DNA from: an uncultured cyanobacterium
Lineage (GTDB): Bacteria; Cyanobacteriota; Cyanobacteriia; PCC-9006; JAAUQQ01
Length of the DNA: 64,000 nucleotides
Assembly (NCBI GenBank): GCA_963718615.1
Contig: OY970368.1
Span: 2,496,001 to 2,560,000 of the forward strand
Direction of reading: 5' to 3'
Made by a program: the position numbers and the translations under genes. Below the pieces are notes generated by a model. The model was given only the letters and a program-made list of their open reading frames with translations, did not search any database and was not told the DNA's origin. Shown one piece after another: positions 20,263 to 29,812 of this stretch (position 1 is its first letter; each line of letters starts with the position of its first letter).

Positions 20263-21057
20263 CTACTTCAACGGCCACCAGCTCACCTTATCTCGGGTTG
20301 CACCGTAAACTTCCTTAAGCCCTTCTGGAGCGATGACGACCACGCGATCGCTCTCTCCCCCTTTCACCTTTTCCAGCAGCCCTGCCTTGGTCATTCCCTT
20401 TAAGACCTGTTCCACCGTTCGATGATTGAGCTGGCAGGCCCGTGCAATCAAATCCACCGGCAAATCAAACCTAAAGGGATGCTCTTCCTGGGGTTGCTGC
20501 CCGAGGGAACGCTCTTGATAAATTAAGGCTCGCAGCAAAGCCGCAACGGCCTGAGGGGGATAGGTACTGCAATTCAACAAGTGATAGAGAAACTTTTCCC
20601 GTAGCTCAAACAACAACCGATAGCGCTGTCGAAAGGCTTCACTGGATTGATACAGCGCTTCCACCATGGCGAGAGGCACCTTAATAATGTCTGTCGTCTT
20701 GTAAGCCTCCACCAAGCTGGGAAAACCGCGACTCACTAGTCCATAACTAAAGGCCAAGTTTTGCATACCAAAACAGCCCCCCGGATAGGTCATCGCAATC
20801 ACCCGGTCCAAGGGCGTGCTGCGCACAATCACCGGCCCTCCCGCCACGATCGCATAGAGAAATTCCAGAGAGACCCCAGGCCGAAATGCCGTGTACACCG
20901 GACGACTGGAATACAGTTTCTCCACTACGAGCTCCGCCGCCCCCTGGGCTTGGATCAGCTCCGCCTCACTCATCCCCTGGAATAGAAAAACCTGCTGGGC
21001 CAAAATTTCTCTCAACTCACCTTGGGTCTCCAAGGTCTCACACCCATGATTTGTCAT
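20263..21057 (-). CDS. Crp/Fnr-family transcriptional regulator
   Basis: LFQGMS..., cNMP-binding-like beta region with PGGCFG, C-terminal HTH (IARACQLNHRTVEQVL). Confidence 0.75.
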   Translation of the reverse strand: MTNHGCETLETQGELREILAQQVFLFQGMSEAELIQAQGAAELVVEKLYSSRPVYTAFRPGVSLEFLYAIVAGGPVIVRSTPLDRVIAMTYPGGCFGMQNLAFSYGLVSRGFPSLVEAYKTTDIIKVPLAMVEALYQSSEAFRQRYRLLFELREKFLYHLLNCSTYPPQAVAALLRALIYQERSLGQQPQEEHPFRFDLPVDLIARACQLNHRTVEQVLKGMTKAGLLEKVKGGESDRVVVIAPEGLKEVYGATRDKVSWWPLK

Positions 21058-21254
21058 AACGCCTCTTCCTTGCCCGCGCCCTCAGGCAAACGCTTTAGGT
21101 CAATCGCTCTACGTCAACTGTGCCTGAAAACCGAATGCTCTGAAGATAAATTTTGCATCAAGCCTGTCCAAGCTTCAATTGAATTTCAATTCATCTGTGA
21201 TACGGTTCCAATCAGATTACTTTTTATTCTACTGCCAGGTTGAGATGTATTCCT

Positions 21255-23165
21255 ATGCAAAAACTGCAAACGCCACCGAGAACGGGGCGATCGCCCGCAT
21301 CCCTTCGAGACTGGCTATCCCTCTCTAACCTCAAATGGCCATTGAGCGTCGGCGTACTAGGAATGATTATCCTGGGTCTGACCACTGCCCTGGGGCTCTC
21401 CTGGCAAGCCGCCCTAGCCCTTAGCGTGGCCCTCGGCACCCTCTTGCTCAATGCCCTGAGTCCACTCCCCGCTGACATCGTTTTCCTCGGCGGTTTGGCT
21501 GTGCTCATGGTCAGCGGCGTTCTCAATGTCGAAAATGCCCTAGCCGGATTTAGCAATCCTGGTATGGTGACTGTCGGCGTACTTTACGTCGTGGTGGCTG
21601 GCATTGAGCAAACGGGAGGCTTGATCTGGATCTCGCAGAATTTGCTGGGATTACCCAAGGGACTAACCGCAACACTCATCCGCCTCGTATTTCCCGTCGT
21701 GGGGATGAGCGCCTTTTTTAACAACACCCCCATCGTGGCAATGTTTATCCCGGTGGTGAGTGACTGGTCGCGCAAACTGCGGATTAGCCCGTCTAAGCTG
21801 ATGATTCCGCTGAGCTATGCGGCGCTGTTTGGGGGGGTTTGCACTTTGATTGGCACCAGTACAAACTTGGTCGTCAATGGTCTGATGATTTCCCAGGCGA
21901 AGCTGCCAGGATTTGGAATTTTTGAGATTTCAAAGGTGGGGCTGCCCTGTGCGATCGCAGGCTGTATCTATCTCCTCACCATCGGCCAACGGCTGCTACC
22001 CAACCGCAAAGCCGTCCTGAGTGAACAGGATGATATTCGTCAGTACACCGTCGAAATGGTGGTGGAGTCCGGTAGTCCGCTCGCCGGAAAAACCATTGAA
22101 CAAGCTGGGCTGCGCCATTTGCCAGGACTGTACCTGGGGGAAATCATCCGAGGTGAACAGGTGATCGCTGCCGTTAGCCCCAAGGAGCGGTTGCGCGAGC
22201 AAGATCAACTGGTCTTTATGGGAATGGTGGATTCCATTGTCGACCTGAAAAAAATGCGTGGACTGCAACCCGCCACGGACCAAGTTTCCAAACTCGACGC
22301 AGCACCGACCGAACGCTGTTTAATTGAAGCGGTGGTGTCCAATACCTTTCCGCTAGCAGGCCAAACCATTCGCGAAGGTCAGTTTCGTAAACGCTATAAC
22401 GCAGTCGTCTTAGCCGTCGCCCGCAACGGGGAACGGCTCCAGGGCAAAATTGGGGCCATCCGCCTCCAGCCCGGTGATTCGCTCCTGCTGGAAGCCCATC
22501 CCTCGTTCCTCGATTTGCAGCGCGCCTCCCGTGACTTTTACCTGATCAGCGGCGTCCCTAACTCTGAACCCCTGCGCCATGCCCAGGCTCCCCTGGCCTT
22601 AGCTATCCTGATTGGCATGGTGGCGATCGTGGCCTTGGGCTGGCTGGATATGTTGCTGGCTGCCGTCCTCGCCGCTGTGCTCATGGTCTTGAGCCGTTGC
22701 TGCGCCGTCGACCGAGCCCTACGCGGTGTCGATTGGTCTCTCCTCGTGGTCATTGCGGCGGCCCTCGGTATCGGCAAAGCCCTAGAAACCACAGGGGCAG
22801 CCGCCAGCCTCGCGGCAGTCATTCTCGGTCCAGCGGGTCAGAATCCTGGGTTAGCCCTCACCTTGGTCTACGGCATTACGATGCTTCTGACCGAGTTGAT
22901 TACCAATAATGCAGCGGCAGCGCTGGTGTTTCCCATTGCCCTGGCGGTCTCTCAGAGTTTGGGAGTGAGTTTTTGGCCCTTTGCGATCGCCATCATGATG
23001 GCCGCCTCCGCCAGTTTTGCAACCCCCATTGGCTATCAAACGAATTTGATGGTGTATGGTCCTGGGGGGTACCGATTTACCGATTTCCTCCGGGTGGGTC
23101 TTCCCCTGAATTTTATGTTTTGGTTTATTACGGTAATGCTAACACCGCATTTCTTTCCGTTCTGA
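21255..23165 (+). CDS. SLC13/DASS permease with TrkA-C domains (Sac1-like)
   Basis: GFSN, SAFFNNTP, TLIGTSTNL, two TrkA-C repeats (SPLAGKTI, PLAGQTI), TPIGYQTNLMVYGPG. Confidence 0.9.
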   Translation: MQKLQTPPRTGRSPASLRDWLSLSNLKWPLSVGVLGMIILGLTTALGLSWQAALALSVALGTLLLNALSPLPADIVFLGGLAVLMVSGVLNVENALAGFSNPGMVTVGVLYVVVAGIEQTGGLIWISQNLLGLPKGLTATLIRLVFPVVGMSAFFNNTPIVAMFIPVVSDWSRKLRISPSKLMIPLSYAALFGGVCTLIGTSTNLVVNGLMISQAKLPGFGIFEISKVGLPCAIAGCIYLLTIGQRLLPNRKAVLSEQDDIRQYTVEMVVESGSPLAGKTIEQAGLRHLPGLYLGEIIRGEQVIAAVSPKERLREQDQLVFMGMVDSIVDLKKMRGLQPATDQVSKLDAAPTERCLIEAVVSNTFPLAGQTIREGQFRKRYNAVVLAVARNGERLQGKIGAIRLQPGDSLLLEAHPSFLDLQRASRDFYLISGVPNSEPLRHAQAPLALAILIGMVAIVALGWLDMLLAAVLAAVLMVLSRCCAVDRALRGVDWSLLVVIAAALGIGKALETTGAAASLAAVILGPAGQNPGLALTLVYGITMLLTELITNNAAAALVFPIALAVSQSLGVSFWPFAIAIMMAASASFATPIGYQTNLMVYGPGGYRFTDFLRVGLPLNFMFWFITVMLTPHFFPF

Positions 23166-24760
23166 TGAACCCTAGTCAGCCTCCCTTGATCACGGCATTG
23201 CTGGACCCCAAGGTCTATCCCCATGCCGTTTCTCCTCCCATTCAACTGATTCAAACCCATGCGTCCTATATCTTTTTAACAGGAACCTTTGCCTACAAAC
23301 TCAAGAAGCCCGTTGATTATGGTTTTTTGAACTACAGCACCCTGGCTGCGCGACGGCATTTTTTGCAAGAGGAGCTACGGCTGAATCAACGCACCGCACC
23401 TGAACTCTATTTGGCGGTTGTGGCCCTGATTCAAGGGGGCGATCGCCTAGAGTTCAGACCAGATTCTAATTGCAGGGAAGAAACGACCGAAGGAGAAGTG
23501 CTGGAATATGCACTTCAGATGCGACAATTTCCCGCAGATTCGCTCTTTTCAGATTTGCTTGAGCAAAATCGGCTAACACCTGAACTCATGGAGAAGCTTG
23601 CGGTTCAGGTCGCGCGATTACATCAATCAGCAGCCGTTAGCGAAAAAATCCTGGAATTTGGCAAAATTTCTCAAATTCGTCAGGCCTTCGACGAGAACTA
23701 TGCCCAGACCCGTGTCTATATTGGACGAGGGCAAACGGAAGCACAGTGGCAAGAGACTCAAGCATTAACTCAGCGCTTTTTTACAGAACATACCGCAGTT
23801 TTCCAAGATCGAATCCAGCAAGAAAAAATACGAGAATGCCATGGGGATCTGCACCTCGGCAATATCGGTCTTTGGGGAGAATCGGTGTTTCTCTTTGACT
23901 GCATTGAGTTTAACGACGCCTTTCGGTTTGTCGATACCCTGTATGACGTGGCGTTTCCTGTCATGGATTGTGAGGTCCAGGGACGGCAGGATTTGGCGAT
24001 CGCCTTTCTCAATGCCTATCTAGAATTGACCGGGGATTGGGAGGGCGGAAAAGTTTTACCCATTTATCTCAGCCGACAGGCCTATGTGCGTGCCAAAGTC
24101 ACCTCGTTTCGACTGGAGGAACCCGGTCTTTCCGCTGGAGCGCGCAGTCAGATTGAGGCGATCGCCGCCCGCTATTATCACTATGCTTGGAGTTGCCTAC
24201 AGCCTAAACAGGGTCACGTCATTCTCATGTCCGGCCTCTCTGGGTCTGGCAAAAGCACCGTTGCCCGTCAGCTCGCACAACGGATCGGTGCTATACAAAT
24301 TCGCTCCGATGCCGTGCGAAAACATTTGGGGGGCATTGCACTTCAAGAACGGGGACCTGAAAGTCTCTATCAACCCGAAATGACCCAGCGAACCTACCAA
24401 AAAGTACTAGAAATAGGCCTACAGCTTGCTCAAGCAGGATATCCGGTTATTCTAGATGCAAAATACGATCGCAGAGCGCTTCGCCAAGCCGTTTTCGACC
24501 AGGCTCAAGCCTTAGGGATTCCCTGTCATATTTTGTCCTGTGAAGCACCTGTTGAGGTGCTTAAAAATCGCTTAACTCAGCGTCAAAATGACATTGCTGA
24601 CGCCACAGTCGACCTTTTAGACCAACAACAACAGCAGGCTGAAGCCTTTACGGAGCAAGAAGAAAGACAGGTCAGCCATCTAGATACCACCCTGGAGATT
24701 CAACCCCAGTTGGATTGTTGGATAGCCACCTGTCTGAGATCCACGCAAAACTCGTCGTAA
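23165..24760 (+). CDS. Bifunctional aminoglycoside-phosphotransferase-like/AAA kinase protein
   Basis: IQTHASY, YKLKKPV, ECHGDLHLGN, FDCIEFN, P-loop GLSGSGKST, RSDAVRK; TGATG overlap with upstream gene. Confidence 0.88.
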   Translation: MNPSQPPLITALLDPKVYPHAVSPPIQLIQTHASYIFLTGTFAYKLKKPVDYGFLNYSTLAARRHFLQEELRLNQRTAPELYLAVVALIQGGDRLEFRPDSNCREETTEGEVLEYALQMRQFPADSLFSDLLEQNRLTPELMEKLAVQVARLHQSAAVSEKILEFGKISQIRQAFDENYAQTRVYIGRGQTEAQWQETQALTQRFFTEHTAVFQDRIQQEKIRECHGDLHLGNIGLWGESVFLFDCIEFNDAFRFVDTLYDVAFPVMDCEVQGRQDLAIAFLNAYLELTGDWEGGKVLPIYLSRQAYVRAKVTSFRLEEPGLSAGARSQIEAIAARYYHYAWSCLQPKQGHVILMSGLSGSGKSTVARQLAQRIGAIQIRSDAVRKHLGGIALQERGPESLYQPEMTQRTYQKVLEIGLQLAQAGYPVILDAKYDRRALRQAVFDQAQALGIPCHILSCEAPVEVLKNRLTQRQNDIADATVDLLDQQQQQAEAFTEQEERQVSHLDTTLEIQPQLDCWIATCLRSTQNSS

Positions 24761-24810
24761 GCAAAACTTGTAGTCAACTCTACAGCCGTCAGGTTAAACC
24801 TCTCCTAATT

Positions 24811-25344
24811 CTAGGCAGGCATCAGTTCTGACAAGGATTTCTCTGGCAAAGGGTCGGTTTTTTGAGGATTAGCATGAACGATAAACACCGAACAAGATGC
24901 ATGGTGCATGACATAGCTACTCACACTGCCAAGCAACAGCTCATTCAGTCCTGATCGCCCTCGATTTCCCATCACAATCAGATCCGCATTCCAAGCCTTA
25001 GCTGCTTCACAGATCCGCCGTCCTGGACTACCATAAACCTGATCAAACTGCGTTTCAATCCCGGCCTGTCGAGCTTCTGCTGCTTGCCACTTTAACCATT
25101 CCAGGCAGTCTTCCACATAGGCATTCCAGTCCTTTTCATACTTACTCAGCAACTGTTGATCGATTGCCGGATAATAAGCCTCATCAAAGTACAAATTGCG
25201 CTGAGGAGCTCCAGGCTCACCATCCGTTAGAACATGAAAAAGCTTGAGTTCCGACCCAAGGGCTTTCGCTAGGGCGATCGCCTCCTGGTAAGCATTAACA
25301 CTCAAATCCGAGGCATCTACAGCAACTAAAATCCTGCGAATCAT
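24811..25344 (-). CDS. Universal stress protein
   Basis: ILVAVD, DLIVMGNRG, LLGSVSSYV. Confidence 0.93.
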   Translation of the reverse strand: MIRRILVAVDASDLSVNAYQEAIALAKALGSELKLFHVLTDGEPGAPQRNLYFDEAYYPAIDQQLLSKYEKDWNAYVEDCLEWLKWQAAEARQAGIETQFDQVYGSPGRRICEAAKAWNADLIVMGNRGRSGLNELLLGSVSSYVMHHASCSVFIVHANPQKTDPLPEKSLSELMPA

Positions 25345-25379
25345 AGTCGTTCCTCCCTATAGATCTGAGATTCGTAATA

Positions 25380-25580
25380 TCAAGACGGATGCCGCTGTTT
25401 GCGCTTAGGCAGTTCCCCCTCAAATGGCTGAATTCCTGTGTTGGGATAGTCATCATCGGCGGGACGGAAAATCCGTAGACCCCCTTCTGAAAGATAACGT
25501 AACACTTGCTGAGGAATACGAAAGAGTCTTTGGGCCAAATCTTGAACCGTTGAAGTCCTGTCGGTGTGATTCATAGCCAT
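25380..25580 (-). CDS. Small hypothetical protein
   Basis: 66 aa; GGAG-like RBS; motif RIFRPADDDYPNTGIQPFEG resembles a conserved cyanobacterial small-protein family (from recall). Confidence 0.6.
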   Translation of the reverse strand: MAMNHTDRTSTVQDLAQRLFRIPQQVLRYLSEGGLRIFRPADDDYPNTGIQPFEGELPKRKQRHPS

Positions 25581-25799
25581 AAGGCGTCTCCTATAGAGAA
25601 TGGGAGGCTTTTGCCTTTGCCTTTAACGTAGCTCACAAACTTGAGGAACTTGTGAGGATTGCCGAGCGAACCTCATCATCCAAAACAAAAGAGTCCACTT
25701 GAATGGCATCATCTAGCCTAGAAAACTCACGAAGAGAGAAAGAGAGCCCGAAAGCGAGTGTCAGTCAAGCAGGTGAAAGTCCGTAAGGGACTGGCAGAT

Positions 25800-26048
25800 T
25801 GCCTGCTGCGTCACGACGCTATCTATCTATCAATTAGTTTAGGGGTCGTCGAAAGTTCAAATCGCCGCATTGTCACCGTTCGTCTCAAACAGTCCGGCAT
25901 GTTTGGTCAACCACGGGTGCTCAAGCCGTTATGGCTCTCAGGGCTGCCTATCTCAGTGCTTCTTCAAAATGGCACGATTTTTGGTAAAAAAGCCCTTCCC
26001 CTTCTTAAGCGCGCTTTTTTTCGTTCACCCTTCTCACTGCGACATCCC
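25800..26048 (+). pseudogene. Decayed ISKra4/ISLre2-like (Mutator-related) transposase C-terminal fragment
   Basis: SISLGVVESSNRRIVTVRLKQSGMF, then after a frameshift WSTTGAQAVMALRAAYLS...W*; matches the 'IGSGxxES...RLKxxGMxW..GA..LR' motif; boundaries approximate. Confidence 0.7.
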
Positions 26049-26101
26049 ATCGCACTGCCCATAGATTGTTAAAGTAAGAGCTGGTTTTTTGAAGAACAGC
26101 T

Positions 26102-28072
26102 ATGTCCGCTGAGCGATCGCCCGAACCCCAACCCGCTGAGTCTCATCCCTTAGCCACTGATTTTGCGACGGATCTAGATAGTCCTGACCCCAAACACCTC
26201 GTCAGCGAACTGTTGCATCGCTCTTGGTTGCATCGGCTCTTCTACTCCTGGGAACACCATCCCCAACGAGGTTGGTGGGCAGCAGTGAGCTGGATAGCGC
26301 TGATCAGCGGCTTAGCCTTTCTCATCGGTCTAGGCAGCATTGGTCTTGTGGATGAAACCGAGCCGCTGTTTGCAGAGGCCGCTCGACAAATGCTCGTGCG
26401 CGATGACTGGGTCACCCCCTACTTCAACGAAGCCACCCGGTTTGATAAGCCGCCGCTGATTTATTGGCTGATGGCGATCGCCTACCGACTCTTCGGCATC
26501 AACGAATGGGCCGTCCGCTTACCGTCCGCCCTTGCTGCCCTTGTGCTCACCAGTTTCGTGTTGTACACCCTACAACGCCACGGTATTCCTCGGTTTGGAC
26601 GGCAACTATTGCCTGGATACAGCCGCTGGTTTACCGCCTTTTTGGGGGCAGCGCTTACCGCCTTTAACCTTGAAACCCTTGCCTGGGCACGCATCGGCGT
26701 GTCAGATATGCTGCTTTCTGGCTGTTTTGGGTCTGCTTTGCTGACATTCTTCTTGGGCTACGCAGCAGCAGCTAAACGCTCCCATTGGCTCTGGGGCTTC
26801 TCTGTCAAAGACCGCTGGTATCTGCTGAGCTATCTGTTTATTGCCCTGGCCATCCTTGCCAAGGGACCTGTTGGAATTGTGCTACCTGGCATTATCGTGC
26901 TGGGATTCTTGATTTACGTGGGACAGTTGTGGCAAACCCTAGGGGAAATGAAGCTCTGGCGCGGCCTGCCGCTGATGGCGTTGATTACGCTGCCCTGGTA
27001 CATCCTGGTGATTCAGGCCAACGGCGAAGCCTACACCCAATCGTTTTTTGGCTACCACAACTTCGAGCGCTTCACCCAAACCGTCAATAATCACGGAGAA
27101 CCTTGGTACTTTTATTTTCTGGTAGTTCTCGTTGGGTTTGCGCCCTGGTCGCTGTTTTTGCCAACGGCGATCGCCCGTCTCAGTCTCTGGCAGCGGCGGT
27201 TCTGGACCCAGCAACCCCGTTCGGCTCAGCTCGGCATTTTTGCCACGGCTTGGTTTGTGGGCGTCTTTGTCTTTTTTACGATCGCCGCAACCAAGCTTCC
27301 CAGCTATGTCTTGCCCCTCATTCCCGCTGGAGCCATTTTGGTTTCGTTGTTGATGGGTGAGGCGATGACGCGATCGCCCCAGCCTCAACCCCAGGACACC
27401 ATTAATCGTCAGATTACAAATCTCCGCAGCCGCCCCGGATTTCCTCGCCTAGGCTGGGTCAATTTTGGCTTTGCTCTGTTCTTGGCGATCGCCATTGGTT
27501 CTGCTTACCTCTGGGTCCAGGTCATTGAAGATCCAGCCATGCCCGAGTTTCCCCAGGTCTTGCGGGATTCGGGGGTATTGATTTGGGGGAGTTTGATTAG
27601 TTTGGAGGGGGCGATCGCCATCTTCCTGCTGATCCGCCGTCGCCAAACCCGCTGGCTTTGGGCCGTGAATCTGATTGGGTTTGTGGCACTACTCGTCTGT
27701 GTGCTCGCACCTATCACTTTACTGATGGATCAACATCGCCAAGCACCACTGCGGGAAATGGCTGCTGTCACGGTCCAACAGCGTCAGCCCGAGGAGGAAA
27801 TGCTGATGGTGGCGTTTGAGAAACCGACCATGGTGTTTTATACCCAGCAACCCCTGACATTTTTCCGCCGGACGCGAACCACATTGCGCCACATCGAAGA
27901 ATTTAGCTTGGAGCAATCCAATCCGGAGACGCTGTTGATTTTGACCTATCCTCGTAAATTGCCGGATCTGGGGCTGAATCCAGGGGAATTTACAACATTG
28001 CATCAGGCTGGAGCCTATCAGCTCATTCGCGTACCCAAGGCGGTGTTTCGTCAGCATTTTTCTCAGGGATAG
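26102..28072 (+). CDS. GT39/ArnT-like membrane glycosyltransferase
   Basis: DETEPLFAEAARQM, FDKPPLIYW, RLPSA, LAKGPVG, TKLPSYVLP; many TM helices. Confidence 0.9.
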   Translation: MSAERSPEPQPAESHPLATDFATDLDSPDPKHLVSELLHRSWLHRLFYSWEHHPQRGWWAAVSWIALISGLAFLIGLGSIGLVDETEPLFAEAARQMLVRDDWVTPYFNEATRFDKPPLIYWLMAIAYRLFGINEWAVRLPSALAALVLTSFVLYTLQRHGIPRFGRQLLPGYSRWFTAFLGAALTAFNLETLAWARIGVSDMLLSGCFGSALLTFFLGYAAAAKRSHWLWGFSVKDRWYLLSYLFIALAILAKGPVGIVLPGIIVLGFLIYVGQLWQTLGEMKLWRGLPLMALITLPWYILVIQANGEAYTQSFFGYHNFERFTQTVNNHGEPWYFYFLVVLVGFAPWSLFLPTAIARLSLWQRRFWTQQPRSAQLGIFATAWFVGVFVFFTIAATKLPSYVLPLIPAGAILVSLLMGEAMTRSPQPQPQDTINRQITNLRSRPGFPRLGWVNFGFALFLAIAIGSAYLWVQVIEDPAMPEFPQVLRDSGVLIWGSLISLEGAIAIFLLIRRRQTRWLWAVNLIGFVALLVCVLAPITLLMDQHRQAPLREMAAVTVQQRQPEEEMLMVAFEKPTMVFYTQQPLTFFRRTRTTLRHIEEFSLEQSNPETLLILTYPRKLPDLGLNPGEFTTLHQAGAYQLIRVPKAVFRQHFSQG

Positions 28073-28095
28073 TGGGAGCGATCGCTCCATTTTCC

Positions 28096-29109
28096 ATGTC
28101 CACAGTCGTCCCCGCTTGCCCCATGGCCCCCAAGAAAGACTGGTTTCAATTAGCATTCCGGCTCCAAGGCTCAGTTCTGCCGTTTATCTGGCAGCGAATC
28201 TTATTTTTCGGTGGGTTTAGTCTCCTGGTTGTCCTGGCCTATCAGTTTGCGCCCTTTCGCCAAGAGTTTTCACATTTTCATGCCTTGGTCAACAATGTCG
28301 CCTGCAACTTGGTATTAGGTTTACTTTTGGTTTTCCGTACGAATACTGCCTACGATCGCTACTGGGAAGGACGAAAAGCTTGGGGCACGCTGGTGATCAC
28401 CTTACGAAATCTGGCCCGTGAGGTTCAGGTGGGGGGCAATTGGGAGAACAAATCTGGGGACAAATCTAGGGACAGCACAACTGTTCAGGCAGAAAAGACA
28501 AGATTCTTGAATTTGATCGTCGCCTTTGCCCTGGCAACAAAACAGCATCTGCGGGGTGAGGCGCTGAGTGATGAGATTAAGGCTCTTTTTGCTGATGGGG
28601 AGCAATCAGCCTTGGAAAACGCCAAACATCTACCACTCTTTCTGAGTTGCTGTCTTTCCCAGTCCCTGCGGCGACTGTTCGAGACCGATTGTCTTAGCGC
28701 CAATCAATACACCGAACTCACCACCCATCTCAATGAGCTGACCACGGGGCTCACCAGTTGCGAGCGCATTGTGTCAACACCGATGCCCATTGCCTACAAC
28801 ATTTATCTCAAGCGTCTGATTTTGATTTATTGCACGCTCTTGCCGATCAGTCTGGTCAGCGAGGTTGGGTGGTGGACCCCAGTGGCAATTCTCTTTGTGA
28901 GTTTTGTCTTGCTTGGGGTCGATCGCATCGGCACCGAAATTGAGGATCCCTTTGGCTACGACGCCAATGATTTACCCTTAGATAGCATCTGTAGCAATTT
29001 GCAGAACACCATTGCTCAACTGGCCCAATTCGAAGGCTTGCCCCCTCTCGCGGAGACCGTAGAGACCGAGCGGGTAACCGCCACGGCGCAGAAAAACACC
29101 GTAAGATAA
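28096..29109 (+). CDS. Bestrophin-family anion channel (YneE-like)
   Basis: LLVFRTNTAYDRYWEGRKAWG, CERI..TP.P, EIEDPFG.DANDLPLD; start codon uncertain (28072/28096/28123). Confidence 0.92.
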   Translation: MSTVVPACPMAPKKDWFQLAFRLQGSVLPFIWQRILFFGGFSLLVVLAYQFAPFRQEFSHFHALVNNVACNLVLGLLLVFRTNTAYDRYWEGRKAWGTLVITLRNLAREVQVGGNWENKSGDKSRDSTTVQAEKTRFLNLIVAFALATKQHLRGEALSDEIKALFADGEQSALENAKHLPLFLSCCLSQSLRRLFETDCLSANQYTELTTHLNELTTGLTSCERIVSTPMPIAYNIYLKRLILIYCTLLPISLVSEVGWWTPVAILFVSFVLLGVDRIGTEIEDPFGYDANDLPLDSICSNLQNTIAQLAQFEGLPPLAETVETERVTATAQKNTVR

Positions 29110-29178
29110 GGGGGACCGAAAGTTACGTTTATTCTGGATGGAATCCAGAATCGTTCTAAGCATTTCTCTAATTTCGCT

Positions 29179-29646
29179 ATGGCTGACGAACAAGCTCCAG
29201 AACAAGCAAACAATCCGGCACCCGAGGCCAAACCCGCTGCAAAACCGGCAGGTAAGCCCGCAGCCAAAAAGGAAAAACCACCCCAGGTCGAAGACAAGCC
29301 CTTCAACGAGTTTATGGAGCAGCACTATGTGCCTTCGCTCAAACAGGCGTTGGTGGATAAAGGTGTGAAGGATTTAAGTTTGACCTTTGCCCAGCAAACC
29401 TTTAAGCCGGTGGGCGAATCCTGCTGGCAAGTGAAGGGATCCTGGGCCAATGGACAGCGACAATTTATTGTGGCGTTTCCTGAGGAAAACATTGGGGGGA
29501 AAAAGGCCTTTGCCTGTGCCGATGGCGGTGCTGAACCGAGCTATGTCGAACCCTTTTTGGGGGATGAGCGCAAGATGACCCTGGATCTAATGGTGTTCGG
29601 GGTTGTGCAGCGGCTCAATGGCCAGAAATGGCTGGGGTTGAATTAA
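29179..29646 (+). CDS. ndhV: NDH-1 subunit V (DUF2996)
   Basis: AAKKEKPPQVEDKPFNEF, EPFLGDERK.TLDL, QRLNGQKWLG. Confidence 0.8.
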   Translation: MADEQAPEQANNPAPEAKPAAKPAGKPAAKKEKPPQVEDKPFNEFMEQHYVPSLKQALVDKGVKDLSLTFAQQTFKPVGESCWQVKGSWANGQRQFIVAFPEENIGGKKAFACADGGAEPSYVEPFLGDERKMTLDLMVFGVVQRLNGQKWLGLN

Positions 29647-29812
29647 CGTTTGAATTAACGTTTGAATTAACGGTTAATCGATTGCATGGGGCTGAACCGG
29701 TCGAACGGCGGTTTGTCCGGCGGTTCGTCCCCCAGGGCTTTGATTGTGTCGCATCTACCTCCTTGAACCTGAATTGATGGCGGGCGATTAAGCCAACGCC
29801 AAGGAGAGAACT

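Noticed and set aside
22973-23164. N-terminal extension of the APH-AAA ORF
   Set aside because: It overlaps the conserved permease C-terminus; the ATG at 23165 in a TGATG coupling is the better start
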